A DNA stretch of 64,000 nucleotides, from contig NC_091999.1 in assembly GCF_044704955.1 (NCBI RefSeq), positions 24,056,001-24,120,000 of the forward strand, written 5' to 3'. Positions 1-12,135 of the stretch are shown piece by piece (the first letter of the stretch is position 1; each line of letters begins with the position of its first letter). The DNA is from Pristiophorus japonicus (Eukaryota). Position numbers and translations under genes: made by a program. The notes beneath the pieces were generated by a model. The model did not search any database and had not been told where the DNA came from. It saw only the letters and a program-made list of their open reading frames with translations.

Positions 1-370
1 TTCAGAAGAACTTTTTTTAGCCATTACGTAGCAAGCCCAACAAGAGAGGGGGTGGTTCTGGACTTAGGTTTAATGAATGAAGCTTGGGCAGGTGGAAGGG
101 GTATCAGTGGGAGAGCATTTTGGTGCTGGTGATCATAATTCAGTTAGATTTAGGGTAGTTATGGAAAAGGACAAAGATGGACCAGGAATAAAAGTTCACA
201 ATTGGGGTAAAATTAATTTTACTAAGCAGAGATGTGATTTAATCAAAGTGGACTGGAAACAGCTACTTGAAGGTAAATTAGTGTCAGAGCAGTGGGAGGC
301 ATTAAAGGAGGAGATAGTGAGGGTTCAGAGCAAGTATGTTCCCTTAAGATAAAGGGTGGGACTAATAAAT
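1..370 (+). mobile_element. CR1-type LINE fragment (end of endonuclease domain / ORF2 linker)
   Basis: ORF 77-352 GEHFGAGDHNSVRF...NWGKINF...VDWKQLL resembles the CR1 APE-domain SDH motif region. Confidence 0.8.
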
Positions 371-394
371 CTAGAGCCCCTTCGATGTCAATAT

Positions 395-1355
395 TAGAAT
401 ATCAGAGATCGGAGCAGGAGTAGGTCATACGGCCCCTCGAGCCTGCTCCACCATTCAATAAGATCATCGCCCTCAACTCCACTTTCCCACCTGATCTCCA
501 TATCTCTTGATTCCCCGAGAGTCCAAAAATCTATCTATCTCAGCCTTGAATAGACTGAGCATCCACAGCCCTCTGGGGCAGAGAATTCCAAAGATTCACA
601 ACCCTCTGAGTGAAGAAATTTCCCATCTCTGTCTTAAATGGCCTCCCCCTTATCTTGAGCCCCCGAGTTCTAGTCACTCCTGCCCGGGGGAATCGAACTC
701 TCAGCATCTCCCCTGTCAATACCCTTCAGAATCTTGTCTGTTTCAAAGAGAACCCCTCTCATTCTTCTAAACTCCAGAGAGTATAGGTCCATTCTACACA
801 ATCTCTCATCGTAAGACAGCTCTCTCATCCCAGGAATCAATCTTGTGAACCTCCGTTGCACCATCTCCAAGGCAAGTATATCTTTCCTTAGATAAGGAGA
901 CTGAAACTGCCCAGTACTCCAGGTGTGGTCTCACCAAGGCCCTGTACAATTGTAGCAATAGATCCTTACTCTTATACTCCACCCCCTTACTGCTTGCTGT
1001 ACCTGCATGTTCGCTTTCTGTGTTTCTTGCATAAGGACACCCAAATCTCTCTCAACACCAACATTTAAAGTTTCTCACCATTTAAAAGATATTCTGTTTT
1101 TCTATTCTTCCTACCAAAGTGAATAACCTCACATTTCCCGACATTATACTCAATCTGCCACCTTACTGCCCATTCACATCGTCTATCTATCTATCTTTGC
1201 ACTCTTGTGTTCTGCTCACAGCTTACTGTCTCACCGAGCTTTGTATCGTCAGTAAATATTACACTGGGTCCCTTTATCTAGGTCATTAATATAGATTGTA
1301 AATAGCTGAGGCCCCAGCACTGATCCTTGCTGCACCCCACTAGTTACAGCCTGCC
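395..1355 (-). mobile_element. CR1-type LINE, 3' fragment
   Basis: Minus-strand VQRRFTRLIPGM..LYSLEFRRMRG motif; 3' UTR hairpin ggagcaggagtaggtcat; 5' end at GVQQGSVLGPQL-like RT motif. Confidence 0.85.
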
Positions 1356-1359
1356 TCAC

Positions 1360-1488
1360 ACACTCCAATTGGTTGGAGGACCAACCACCCATTCGGTCCT
1401 CCAGCCCCGCCCCACTCTTCCTATTGGTGGGGAGCTGCCGTCAATCACCCGGGCAGTGTGAGCTGAGCATGTGCAGGCCCCGGGCCCA
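1360..1488. promoter_or_regulatory. GC-rich promoter-like module with paired CCAAT boxes (copy 1)
   Basis: ccaattggttgg...ccccgcccc...ctattggtggggagctgccgtcaatca; homologous to 25140-25240 and 42338-42450. Confidence 0.5.
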
Positions 1489-2965
1489 GATATAAACCGG
1501 GGAACATTCTCCCCACACCGGGGGAGATACAAACCGGGGAACATTCTCCCCACACCGGGGCGGGGGGGATATAAACCGGGGAACATTCTCCCCACACCGG
1601 GGCGGGGGGGATATAAACCGGGGAACATTCTCCCCACACCGGGGCGGGGGGGATATAAACCGGGGAACATTCTCCCCACACCAGGGGGAGGATATAAACC
1701 GGGAAACATTCTCCCCACACCAGGGGGGGGGGGATATCAAGCGGGGAACATTCTCCCCACACCGGGGGAGATACAAACCGGGGAACATTCTCCCCACACC
1801 GGGGCGGGGGGGATATAAACCGGGGAACATTCTCCCCACACCGGGGGGAGGGTGGATATAAACCGGGGAACATTCTCCCCACACCAGGGGGGAGGATATA
1901 AACCGGGGAACATTCTCCCCACACCGGGGGGGGGATATCAAGCGGGGAACATTCTCCCCACACCGGGGAGAGGGGATATAAACCGGGGAACATTCTCCCC
2001 ACACCGGGGGAGTGGGATATAAACCGGGGAACATTCTCCCCACACCGGGGGAGTGGGATATAAAGCGGGGAACATTCTCCCCACACCGGGGGGAGGGGAT
2101 ATAAACCGGGGAACATTCTCCCCACACCGGGGGGAGGGGATATAAACCGGGGAACATTCTCCCCACACCGGGGGGAGGGGATATAAACCGGGGAACATTC
2201 TCCCCACACCGGGGGGAGGGGATATAAACCGGGGAACATTCTCCCCACACCGGGGGGGGGGGATATAAACCGGGGAACATTCTCCCCACACCGGGGGGAG
2301 GGGATATAAACCGGGGAACATTCTCCCCACACCGGGGGGGGGATATCAAGCGGGGAACATTCTCCCCACACCGGGGAGAGGGGATATAAACCGGGGAACA
2401 TTCTCCCCACACCGGGGGGGTGGGATATAAAGCGGGGAACATTCTCCCCACACCGGGAAAGGGGGGGGATATAAACCGGGGAACATTCTCCCCACACCGG
2501 GGGGGGGGCGGATATAAACCGGGGAACATTCTCCCCACACCGGGGCGGGGGGATATAAACCGGGGAACATTCTCTCCACACCGGGGGGGGGGGGGGGGAT
2601 ATAAACCGGGGAACATTCTCCCCACACCGGGGGAAGGGGATATAAACCGGGGAACATTCTCCCCACACCGGGGGGAGGGTGGATATAAACTGGGAACATT
2701 GTCCCCACACCGCTGTGGGGGGGGGGGGGAGATATAAACCGGGAAACATTCTCCCCACTCCGGGGGGGGGGATATAAACCGGGAAACATTCTCCCCACAC
2801 TGGGGGGCGGGGGATATAAACCGGGGAACATTCTCCCCACACCAGGGGGCGGGGGATATAAACCGGGGAACATTCTCCCCACACCAGGGGGCGGGGTATA
2901 TAAACCGGGGAACATTCTCCCCACACCGGGGCGGGGGGGATATAAACCGGGGAACATTCTCCCCC
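1489..2965. repeat. G-rich minisatellite, about 37-45 bp unit, roughly 37 copies
   Basis: Near-invariant core gatataaaccggggaacattctccccacacc followed by a variable G-run. Confidence 0.95.
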
Positions 2966-3134
2966 TGCCTGCCGGGTCCTGGGTCCGCTCCAGCCCGAAG
3001 GAGCGGTCAGTGCATGCGCTGTGTCTGCGTCAAACTCTCGGAGCGTCTGTAAATCAACGAGAAACAGTAATGGACCAGGGAGCGTCTGTAAATGAAGGAG
3101 CAATGGTGACTGAGCAGGGAGCGCCTGTAAAGAA

Positions 3135-3800
3135 TTCTAGAATCACAGAATATTGCAGCACAGAAGGGGGCCATTTGGCCCATCGAGTCTGTGCCGATAC
3201 TTTCGGGGAGCAATCCGGTTATCCCACTTCCCCCGCTCTTTCCCCAAATTCCTGCAATATCATTCTGCTTCAAGTCTTTGTCCAGTTCACTTTTGAAGGC
3301 TACTATTGACTCTGTCTCCACCGCTCCGTCAGGCAGTGCATTCCAAACCCTAACCACTCCTTGTGGGAAAATGGTTTTCCTCATGTGACCTCGGTTTTTG
3401 CCAATCGCCTCAAATCTGTGCCCTCTGGTTATCAGTGTTAGAAACAGTTTCTCGATTTATTCTATCTCATCTTCATGATTTTTAACACCTCTATCAAATC
3501 TCGTCTGAGCCTTCTCCGCCCCAAGGAGAACAATCCCAGCTTGTCCAGTCTCCACATAAATGAAGTTCCTCATCCCTGGCACCATTCCAGTAAATGTCTT
3601 CTGTCCCCTCTCCAAAGCCTTTGTGTCCTTCCTGAAGTGTGCCCAGAATTGGACCCAATCCTCCAGCTGGGGTCGAGCTAGTGTTTTATATAGCTTTAGC
3701 ATAACTTCCCGGCTTTAGTACTCTGTGCCTCGATTTATAAAGCCAGGATCCTTTACGCTTTATCAACAGCTTTGTTAACCTGTCCTGCCACCTTCAAAGA
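3135..3800 (-). mobile_element. CR1-type LINE 3' fragment
   Basis: LKLYKTLARPQLEDWVQFW and RVWNALP motifs on the minus strand. Confidence 0.8.
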
Positions 3801-3825
3801 TTAAAATCTTTAAATATTTCAAAAA

Positions 3826-4045
3826 ATGGAGCAGAAATGGAGAGTGGTCAGGGAGCGTCTGTAAAGGAAGGAGAAATGGAGAGTGGTCAGGGAGTGTCTG
3901 TAAAGGAAGGAGAAATGGAGAGTGGTCAGGGAGCGTCTGTAAAGGAAGGAGAAATGGAGAGTGGTCAGGGAGCGTCTGTAAAGGAAGGAGAAATGGAGAG
4001 TGGTCAGGGAGCGTCTGTAAAGGAAGGAGAAATGATGACTGGGCA
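3826..4045. repeat. 39-bp tandem repeat (about 5 copies), same family as 30995-32225
   Basis: gagaaatggagagtggtcagggagcgtctgtaaaggaag repeated with period 39. Confidence 0.9.
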
Positions 4046-4049
4046 CGAA

Positions 4050-4250
4050 GCTCAATTTTAAAATTCTCATCCTTGTTTTCAAATCCCTCTGTGCCCTCGC
4101 CCCTCCCTACCTCTGTAACCTCCTCCAGCCCTCCAACCCTCCAGGATCTCTGGCCTCACATTCCTGGTTTTAATCACACCACCATTGGTGGCCATGCCTT
4201 CAGCTGCCTCGGCCCTTAGCTCCAGAATTCTCTCCCTCCTCCTTTAAGAC
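4050..4250 (+). mobile_element. L2-like LINE 3' fragment, apparently continuing at about 6070-6165 and 6327-6362 after CR1 insertions
   Basis: tttaaaattctcatccttgttttcaaatccctc..gcccctccctacctc (FKILILVFKSL..APPYL); tail ctcctgtgaagcacc...tatataaatgaaatttgttgttg. Confidence 0.55.
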
Positions 4251-4254
4251 CCAA

Positions 4255-6070
4255 ACAACAGAAGAAATAGGAGCAGGAGTCGGCCATTTGGCCCCTCGAG
4301 TCTGCTCCGCCATTCCATAAGATCATGGCTGATCTGATCATGGATTCAGCTCCACTTCTCTGTCCGCTCCCCATAACCCTTTACTCCCTTATTGTTCAAA
4401 AATCTGTCTATCTCCACCTTAAATATATTCAATGACACAGCCTCTACAGCTCTCTGGGGCAGAGAATTGCACAGATTTACAACCCTCTGAGAGAAGAAAT
4501 TTCTCCTCATCTCTGTTCTAAATGGGCGGTCCCTTATTCGAAGACTATGTCCTCGAGTTTTAGTTTCCCCTATGAGTGCAAATATCCTCTCTGCATCCAT
4601 CTTATCGAGCCCCCTCATTATCTTATATGTTTCAATAAGATCACCTCTCATTCTTCTGAACTCCAATGAGTATAGGCCCAACCTATTCAACCTATCTTCA
4701 GAAGACAACCCCCTCAGATCCGGAATCAACCTAATGAACCTTCTCTGACAGCCTCCAATGCAAGTATATCCCTCCTTAAATAAGGAGACTAAAACTGTAC
4801 ACAGTACTCCAGGTGTGACCTCACCAATACCCTGTACAGTTGTAGCAGGACTTCTCTGCTTTTATACTCAAAACCTCTTTTGTAATAAAGGCCAGCATTC
4901 CATTTGCCTTCCTGATTACTTGCTGTACCTACATACTAACTTTTTGTGTTTCATGCACAAGGACCCCCAGGTCTCTCTGTACTGCAGCACTTTGCAATTG
5001 TTCTCCATTTGAATTATAATTTGCTTTTCTATTATTTCTGCCAAAGTGGATAATCTCACAATTTCCCACATTATACTCCATCTGCCAAATTGTTGCCCAC
5101 TCACTGAGCCTTTGCAGATTTTTTGTGTCCTCCTCACAATTTGCTTTCCCACCCATCTTTGTATCATTAGCAAACTTGGCTACATTACAATCTGTCCATT
5201 CATCCAAGTCATTAATATAAATTGTAAATAGTTGAGGACCCAGCACCGATCCCTGCGGCACCCCACTAGTCATTGTTTGTCAACTGGAAAATGACCCATT
5301 TATCCCGACTCTCTGTTTTCTGTTAGTTCGCCAATCCTCTATCCATGCTAATATATTGACCCCAACCCAGTGAGCTTTTATCTTGTGCAGTCACCTCTTA
5401 TGTGGCACCTTATCGAATGCCTTCTGGAAATCCAAATACACCACATCCACTGGTTGCCCCTTATCCACCCTGCTCATTACATCCTCAAAGTACTCCAGTG
5501 AATTTGTCAAACCTGATTTCCCTTTCATAAAACCATGCTGACTCTGCTTGATTGAATCATGCTTTTCCAAATGTCCCATTGCTGCTTCCTTAATAATGGA
5601 CTCCAACATTTTCCCAACGACAGATGTTAGGGTAACTGGTCTATAGTTTCCTGCTTTTTGTCTGCCTCCTTTTTTGAATAGGGGCGTTACATTTGCGGCT
5701 TTCCAATCTGCTGGGACCGCACCAGAATCCAGGGATTTTTGTGAGATTACAACCAATGCATCCAATATCTCTGCAGCCATTTCTCTTAAGACCCTGGGAT
5801 GCAAGCCATCAGGTCCAGGGGACTTGTCCGCCTTTAGTCCCATTATTTTACCTAGTGCCACTTCATTACTGATAGTGATTGTATTAAATTCCTCCCTACC
5901 TATAGCCCCTTGATTATCCACTATTGGGATGTTTTTAGTGTCTTCCACCGTGAAGATTGATACAAAATATTTGTTCAACGTCTCTGCCATTTCCCTGTTC
6001 TCCATTATTAATTCCCCAGTCTCATCCTCCAGGGGACCAACATTTACTTGAGCCACTCTTTTCCTTTTTA
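4255..6070 (-). mobile_element. CR1-type LINE, 5'-truncated RT region
   Basis: ORFs with KSPGPDGLHPRVL, NYRPVTLTSVVGK, YLDFQKAFDKVPH, GVPQGSVLGPQLF. Confidence 0.92.
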
Positions 6071-6599
6071 ACCCTCTTTAAAATGTGCATCTTTGACCCT
6101 CGGAGTCAAATTCTATCTGATAATGCTCCTGTGAAGCACCAGGGGCAATTTTACAGAGTTATTTCACGGCTGAGATAGATACATTTTTGGTGTTTGGGGA
6201 ATCGAGGGATATGGAGATCGGGCGGGAAAGTGGAGTTGAGGTTGATGATCAGCCATGATGTTATTGAATGGTGGAGCAGGCTCGAGGGGCCGTATGGCCT
6301 ACTCCTGCTCATAACTCTTATGTTCTTAAAGGTGTTATATAAATGAAATTTGTTGTTGTCTATAAAGGAAGGAGAAATGGTGATGGGTCAGGGAGAGCAT
6401 TTGATCAGAACTGGGAGATATGGCAGATGGACAGCTTCTAGGAAGCGACAGAGTGAGGGAAAGGAGAGAGAGAGAGAGACCATGTACACAAGAAATGAAC
6501 TGTAAAGTTGGGTGGTGAAGAGGAGGTGGGGAAGTGACAGCAGACAAAAGGAGGCACAATGGGAGAAGGGAGAGGAATAAAAGACACATAGAAAATAAA

Positions 6600-7030
6600 A
6601 AGACTTGCATTTATTTTGCACCTTTCACCACCACCAGATGCCCCAAAGCACTTTACAGTCAATTAAGTTCTTTTTGAAGTGTAGTCACTATCGTAATGTA
6701 GGAAACGCAGCAACCAATTTACAATGTGATAATGACCAGATAATCTGCTTTACTGATAAGGGAAAATATTGGCCAGGACATCGGGGATAACTCCCCTGTT
6801 CTGCTTGAAATAGTGCAATGGGACCTTTTACGTCCACCTGAGGGAGCAGACGGTGCCTCGGTTTAACATCTTATCCAAAAGACAGCACCTCCGACAGTAC
6901 AGCAGTCCCTCAGCACTGCACTGGAGCATCAGCTGAGATTTTTGTGTTCATGTCTCTGGAGTGCGACATCAACCCACAACCTTGTGACCCAGAGGCAAGT
7001 GTATTACCCACTGAGTCACAGCTGACACAA
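6600..7030 (-). mobile_element. tRNA-head Deu-domain SINE (SacSINE1-like)
   Basis: Minus strand tgtcagctgtgactcagtggg head, then actgtcggaggtgctgtctttt..ttaaaccgagg..ctcaggtggacgtaaaag core; sister copies at 25800-26228 and 51850-52280. Confidence 0.7.
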
Positions 7031-7159
7031 ATACTGACATAGTTAGAGCAGGTTAGCTCAGTTGGAGATGTTGGATGATGCATTTATCAATGCTTAGATA
7101 TTTTTCTATTCCTCAAAATCAGTAACATTTTGGAAGGTTCAGGTCAAGGTTCACAGATT

Positions 7160-9040
7160 AACAATAAGAAATAGGAGCAGGAGGAGGCCATTGGATCCCT
7201 CGAGCCTGCTCTGCCATTCAATAAAATCATGGCTAATCTGATCTTGACTTCAACTCCACTTTCCTGCCTGCTCCCCATAACTCTTGACTCCCCTGTAATT
7301 CAAAAATCTGTCTATCTCCCCTTTAAATATATTGACTGACTCAGCCTCCACAGCTCTCTGGGGTACAGAATTCCAAAGATTCACGACCCTCAGAGAAGAA
7401 ATTCCTCCGCATCTCCGTTTTAAATGGGCGATCCCTTATTCTGAAACTATGCACCCGAGTTCTAGATTCCTCCACGAGGGGAAACATCCTCTCTGCATCT
7501 ACCCTGTCAAGCCCCCTCAGAATCTTACACGTTTCAATAAGATCACCTCTCATTCTTCGAAACTCCAATGAGTACAGGCCCAACCTGCTCAAGCTTACTT
7601 CATAAGACAACCCCTTCATCTCAGGAATCAACCTCGTGAACCTTCTCTGAACTGTCTCCAATGCAAGTATATCCCTCCTTAAATAAGGAGACCAAAACTG
7701 TATGCAGTACTCCAGGTGTGGTCTCACGAACACCCTGTACAGTTGTAGCAAGACTTCTCTACTTTTATACTCCATTCCCCTTCAATAAAGGCCAACATTG
7801 CATTTGCCTTCCTGATTACTTGCTGTACCTGCATGCTAACTTTTTGTGTTTCATGCACAAGGACCCCCAGATCCCTCTGTACCGCAGCATTTTGTAGTCT
7901 CCATTTAAATAATAATTTGCTTTTTTATTCTTCCTACCAAAGTGCATAACCTCACATTTTCCCACATTATACTCCATCTGCCAATTTTTTACCCACTCAC
8001 TGAGCCTGTCCATAACCCTTTGCAGATTCTTTGTGTCCTTCTCACAACTTGCTTTCCCACCTATCTTTGTATCAACAGCATATTTGGCTGCAGTGCACTC
8101 CGTCCCTTCATCCAAGTCATTAATATAGATTGTAAATAGTTGAGGCCCCAGCACTGATCCCTGTGGCACCCCACTAGTTACAGTTTGCCAACCTGAAAAT
8201 GACCCATTTATCCCGACTCTGTGTTTTCTGTTCGTTAGCCAATCCTACATCTATGCTAATATATTACCCCCAACCCTGTGAGCTCTTATATTGTGCAGTA
8301 ACCTTTTATCTGGAACCTTACCGAATGCCTTCTGGAAATCCAAATACACAACTGCTACTGGTTCCTCTTCATCCACCCTGCTCGTTACATCCTCAAAGAA
8401 CTCCAGCAAATTTGTCAAACCTGATTTCCCTTTCATAAAACCATGCTGTCTCTGCTTGACTATTATGGTTTTCTAAATGTCCTGCAACTATTTCCTCAAT
8501 AATGAACTCCAGCATTTTCCCAATGATAGATGTTCAGCTAACTGCTCTATAGTTTCCTGCTTTCTCTCTCTCTCCCTCCCTTGTTGAATAGAGGTGTTGC
8601 ATTTGAGGTTTTCCAATTCACTGGGACCTTGCCAGAATCCAGGGAATTTTGGTAGATAACAACCAATCCATCCACTTTCTCTGCAGCCACTTCTTTTAAG
8701 ACCCCAGGATGCAGGTCATCAGGTCCAGGGGACGTCCACCTTTAGTCCCAATAGTTTGTCTCGTACTTTTTCTCTAGTGATAGTGATTGTTTTAAGTTTC
8801 TCGCTCCCTGTGACCCCTTGATTATCTATTATTATTGGGATGCTTTTAGTGTCTTCCACCGTGAAGACCACACAAAATATTTGTTTAAAGTCTCTGCCAT
8901 TTCCCCGTTTAATTCTCTCAGGGACCAATGTTTATTTTTGCTATCTCTTCCTTTTTATATATCTGTAGAAGCTCTGACTGTATTTATGTTCCTTGTCAGT
9001 TTACCCTCAATCTATCTTCTCCCTCTTTATTATTTTTATT
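7160..9040 (-). mobile_element. CR1-type LINE, 5'-truncated, frameshifted
   Basis: RPHLEYCIQFWSPY, PQGSVLGPQLF, YLDFQKAF motifs in several ORF pieces. Confidence 0.92.
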
Positions 9041-9519
9041 AAGTCAATACTTAAAGCCACACAGCAGAAGGAAAGAATGTTCCATAGAAACTAGAATTGT
9101 CTCTTCTGAATTTCGATCCTGTACTTAGTGATGACTTTTGTAAACTCCTTTTGCAGGGTGTTAGAAGGGGAGGATTTGAAGAAGGGAAACTCAAACTAAA
9201 CATCACGTCATGATCAGATAGAGTCACTCGATTCAGCAGGACTTGAATATCATCGGCCTTTGAATGTGAAGGAGAAATGTTTGTTTATTCTGTCTGTGGG
9301 GAAAGATTACAAACATCAATGTGACTGAAAAAGCACTGAGACACACACACACCCGAGTGAGAGTGTTTCAGTGCACTGATTGTGGAAAGAGCTTTAACCA
9401 GTTACACAGCCTGAAAAACCCTCGAACCATTCACAGCGGGGAGAAACTGTAAACGTGTTGTGTGTGGAGGAGGCTTCAACTGATCATCCAACCTGGAGAG
9501 ACGAAAGCACACCCGCACC

Positions 9520-10278
9520 ATGGAGAAACCGTGGAAATGTGGGGACTGTGGGAAGGGATTCAGCTACCCGTCTGCGCTGCAAATTCATCAACACATTCAC
9601 AGTGGGGAGAAGCCGTTCACCTGCCCCGTGTGTGGGAAGCCATTCACTCAGTCATCCAGCCTGGTGAAACACCAGCTTGTTCACACTGGGGAGAGGCCGT
9701 TCACCTGCTCTGAATGTGGGAAAGGATTCATTCAGTCATCCGACCTGCTGGCACACCAGCGAGTTCACACTGGGGAGAGGCCGTTCACCTGCTCTGAGTG
9801 CGGGAAGGGATTCACTGTGTCATCCAGCCTGCTGAGTCACCAGCGAGTTCACACTGGAGAGAGGCCGTTCATCTGCTCCGTGTGTGGGAAGGGATTCACT
9901 GTTTCATCCAACCTGCTGGCACACCAGCGAGTTCACACCGGGGAGAGGCCGTTCACCTGCTCGGAGTGTGGGAAAGGATTCACTCTGTCATCCAATCTGC
10001 TCAAACACCAGCGAGTTCACACTGGGGAGAGGCCGTTCACCTGCTCCGTGTGTGGGAAGCGATTCACTCGGTCATCCCACCTGCTGGCACACCAGCGAGT
10101 TCACACTGGGGAGAGGCCGTTCATCTGCTCCGTGTGTGGGAAGGGATTCACTGTGTCATCCAATCTGCTGGCACACCAGCGAGTTCACACTGGGGAGAGG
10201 CCGTTCATCTGCTCCGTGTGTGGGAAGGGATTCACTGTGTCATCCCGCCTGCTGACACACCAGCGAGTTCACAAGTGA
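9520..10278 (+). CDS. C2H2 (Kruppel-type) zinc-finger protein, 9 tandem fingers, no visible KRAB/SCAN domain
   Basis: 252-aa ORF with nine CxxC-x12-HxxxH units and TGERPF linkers; Kozak gcaccATGG; candidate splice acceptor cttttgcag at about 9157. Confidence 0.85.
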   Translation: MEKPWKCGDCGKGFSYPSALQIHQHIHSGEKPFTCPVCGKPFTQSSSLVKHQLVHTGERPFTCSECGKGFIQSSDLLAHQRVHTGERPFTCSECGKGFTVSSSLLSHQRVHTGERPFICSVCGKGFTVSSNLLAHQRVHTGERPFTCSECGKGFTLSSNLLKHQRVHTGERPFTCSVCGKRFTRSSHLLAHQRVHTGERPFICSVCGKGFTVSSNLLAHQRVHTGERPFICSVCGKGFTVSSRLLTHQRVHK

Positions 10279-11539
10279 CTGCAGTGGTTGGATTCTGCTA
10301 TCATTGCTGCTGTTAATCACATCCCGACTGAATCGTGTCCATTCCGACAGTTGAAGTTTGTTTCTGATGATAATAACCCCTATAACTGGGCTGGAATATA
10401 ATATTTGATGTTTCAATAACAGAGTGTGTCGACATTTAATATTCCAAGATAAGAGGAGACTAATTGATGTCCTGTTACTGACTGCACCATTTTGGGGCCT
10501 TTTCTCCTTTCTAACTCTGGATTATTTCAGTTCTCATACCTTTGGTTACTCTCGTGGACAAATGCCAGTTCCCCATACCTTCCAGAGTACCTCTCCTCCC
10601 CTTGGTATTGTGGGACGGTGTCGGTAACTTGCCCCGGATCACTAAACACAAAACCCAGTCTGTGAATCACTTTCAGATACTGGACTTAGCGTGTGCCCCA
10701 CAGCATCTCTCTCACCTTCAATGTGTGAATGGAGCATCACGCCTGCAAACCTGGGTTCAATTTAAATTTGAATTTATTCAGGAAATGTATTTAAGAAAAT
10801 ACAGATCACATCAAATAATTGGCAACGGTTTAGAGTCAACAAGATGAACAAGTAAATACATTCCGGCCCAAGATTCCAGCTCTACTTTCACAGGAGAAAG
10901 TCTGTTATCAAACTCCTCGATTAGACAGAATAGAGAACAATGCTAACTCTAAGAATATCTAGCATCTGTTGTAAATATCTTTCAAATCCCGACTGATACA
11001 ATCTGGTTTTCCTTTCAGTTGAAGGGAATGGAAGATGAGAGGGGTGTTGGCATCGGGAACTCGGTTAATTCAGCTTCTGAAAGGTGTTCATGTTTAGTTC
11101 ATTGCATATCGGGGAAAATGTGGTTGTTATCATTAGGGAGAGATTTCACTGAGCAGCAGTTGGTGTTTGCAAACAACTGGCCGTGGATATTTTCATCATA
11201 GAATGTTTAGATTAGAAATATTATGTTTGAAAAAGAAGAGTTCAGAGACTAGTGGTTTGTGCTTGCCACAGGAAGACCAGTGTTTTACGTACTTCTAACA
11301 TTGTTGATGCATGGTGAAGAAAATGCAGACTTGTGTCTCTGGACTATGCCGTAGCCAAAGACTACCATATTAGACAATGCCAGTTCCAGTTGGATAAGAG
11401 GTTGATGGAATAGCAAAAGATCCAGCAGTTAAAACAAAATTATCTCCAGTTATCTGCAGCATGCTGACACAGTTGGACTTAAGAATTTAAAGTATTGAGT
11501 TAAATTATTGCGATCGATTGTTATAGAATTGAATTGTTG

Positions 11540-12135
11540 TGGAATGGAAAAGTAGCGAAGTTATGCTAAACTTGTATCGAACCTTGGTTAGACTTTGTGT
11601 GTGCAATTCTGGTCACCATATTATAAAAAGGATATGGAGGCACTGGAGAGGGTGCAGAGAAGATTTACAAGGATGATGCCAGAAAGGCGAGCGTATACCT
11701 ATCGGGAATTGATGGACAGGCCGGGTCTCTTTTCTCTTGAAAAAAGAAGGCTGAGGGGTGACCAAATGTTTTTAAAATGATGAAAGGTTTTGATAGAGTA
11801 GACACAGTGTTTCCACTTGTGGGGACCAGCATAATTAGAGGCCATCAACATAAGATAGTCACCAAGAAATCAAATAGGGAATTCAGAAGAAACCTCTACC
11901 CAGAGAGTGGTGAGAATGTGGAACTCACTGCCACAGGGAATGGTTGAAGCGAATAGTATCGATGCATTTAAGGGGAGGCTAGACAAGTATATGAGGGAGA
12001 AGGGAATCGAGGGTTATGTGGATATAGTTAGATGAGGAAAGAAGGGAGGAGGCTCGAGTGGAGCATAAATGCCGGCATGGACTGGTTGGGCCGAATGGCC
12101 TGTTTCTGTGTCCGAAATCCGATGTAATCCTATTG
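11540..12135 (+). mobile_element. CR1-type LINE 3' fragment inside the LTR element
   Basis: CVQFWSPYYKKDMEALERVQRRFTRMMP. Confidence 0.85.

Noticed and set aside
1489-2965. CRISPR-like array: the unit superficially resembles the type I-E repeat (TTCCCC..GGGGATAAACCG)
   Set aside because: No unique spacers (only G-runs), no cas genes, vertebrate context; it is a minisatellite.
1356-3103. Long ORFs (394 and 552 aa) over the G-rich array
   Set aside because: Products are translations of the repeat unit in shifting frames.
6950-7030. tRNA gene
   Set aside because: It is the degenerate tRNA-derived head of a SINE, continuous with the Deu-domain body.
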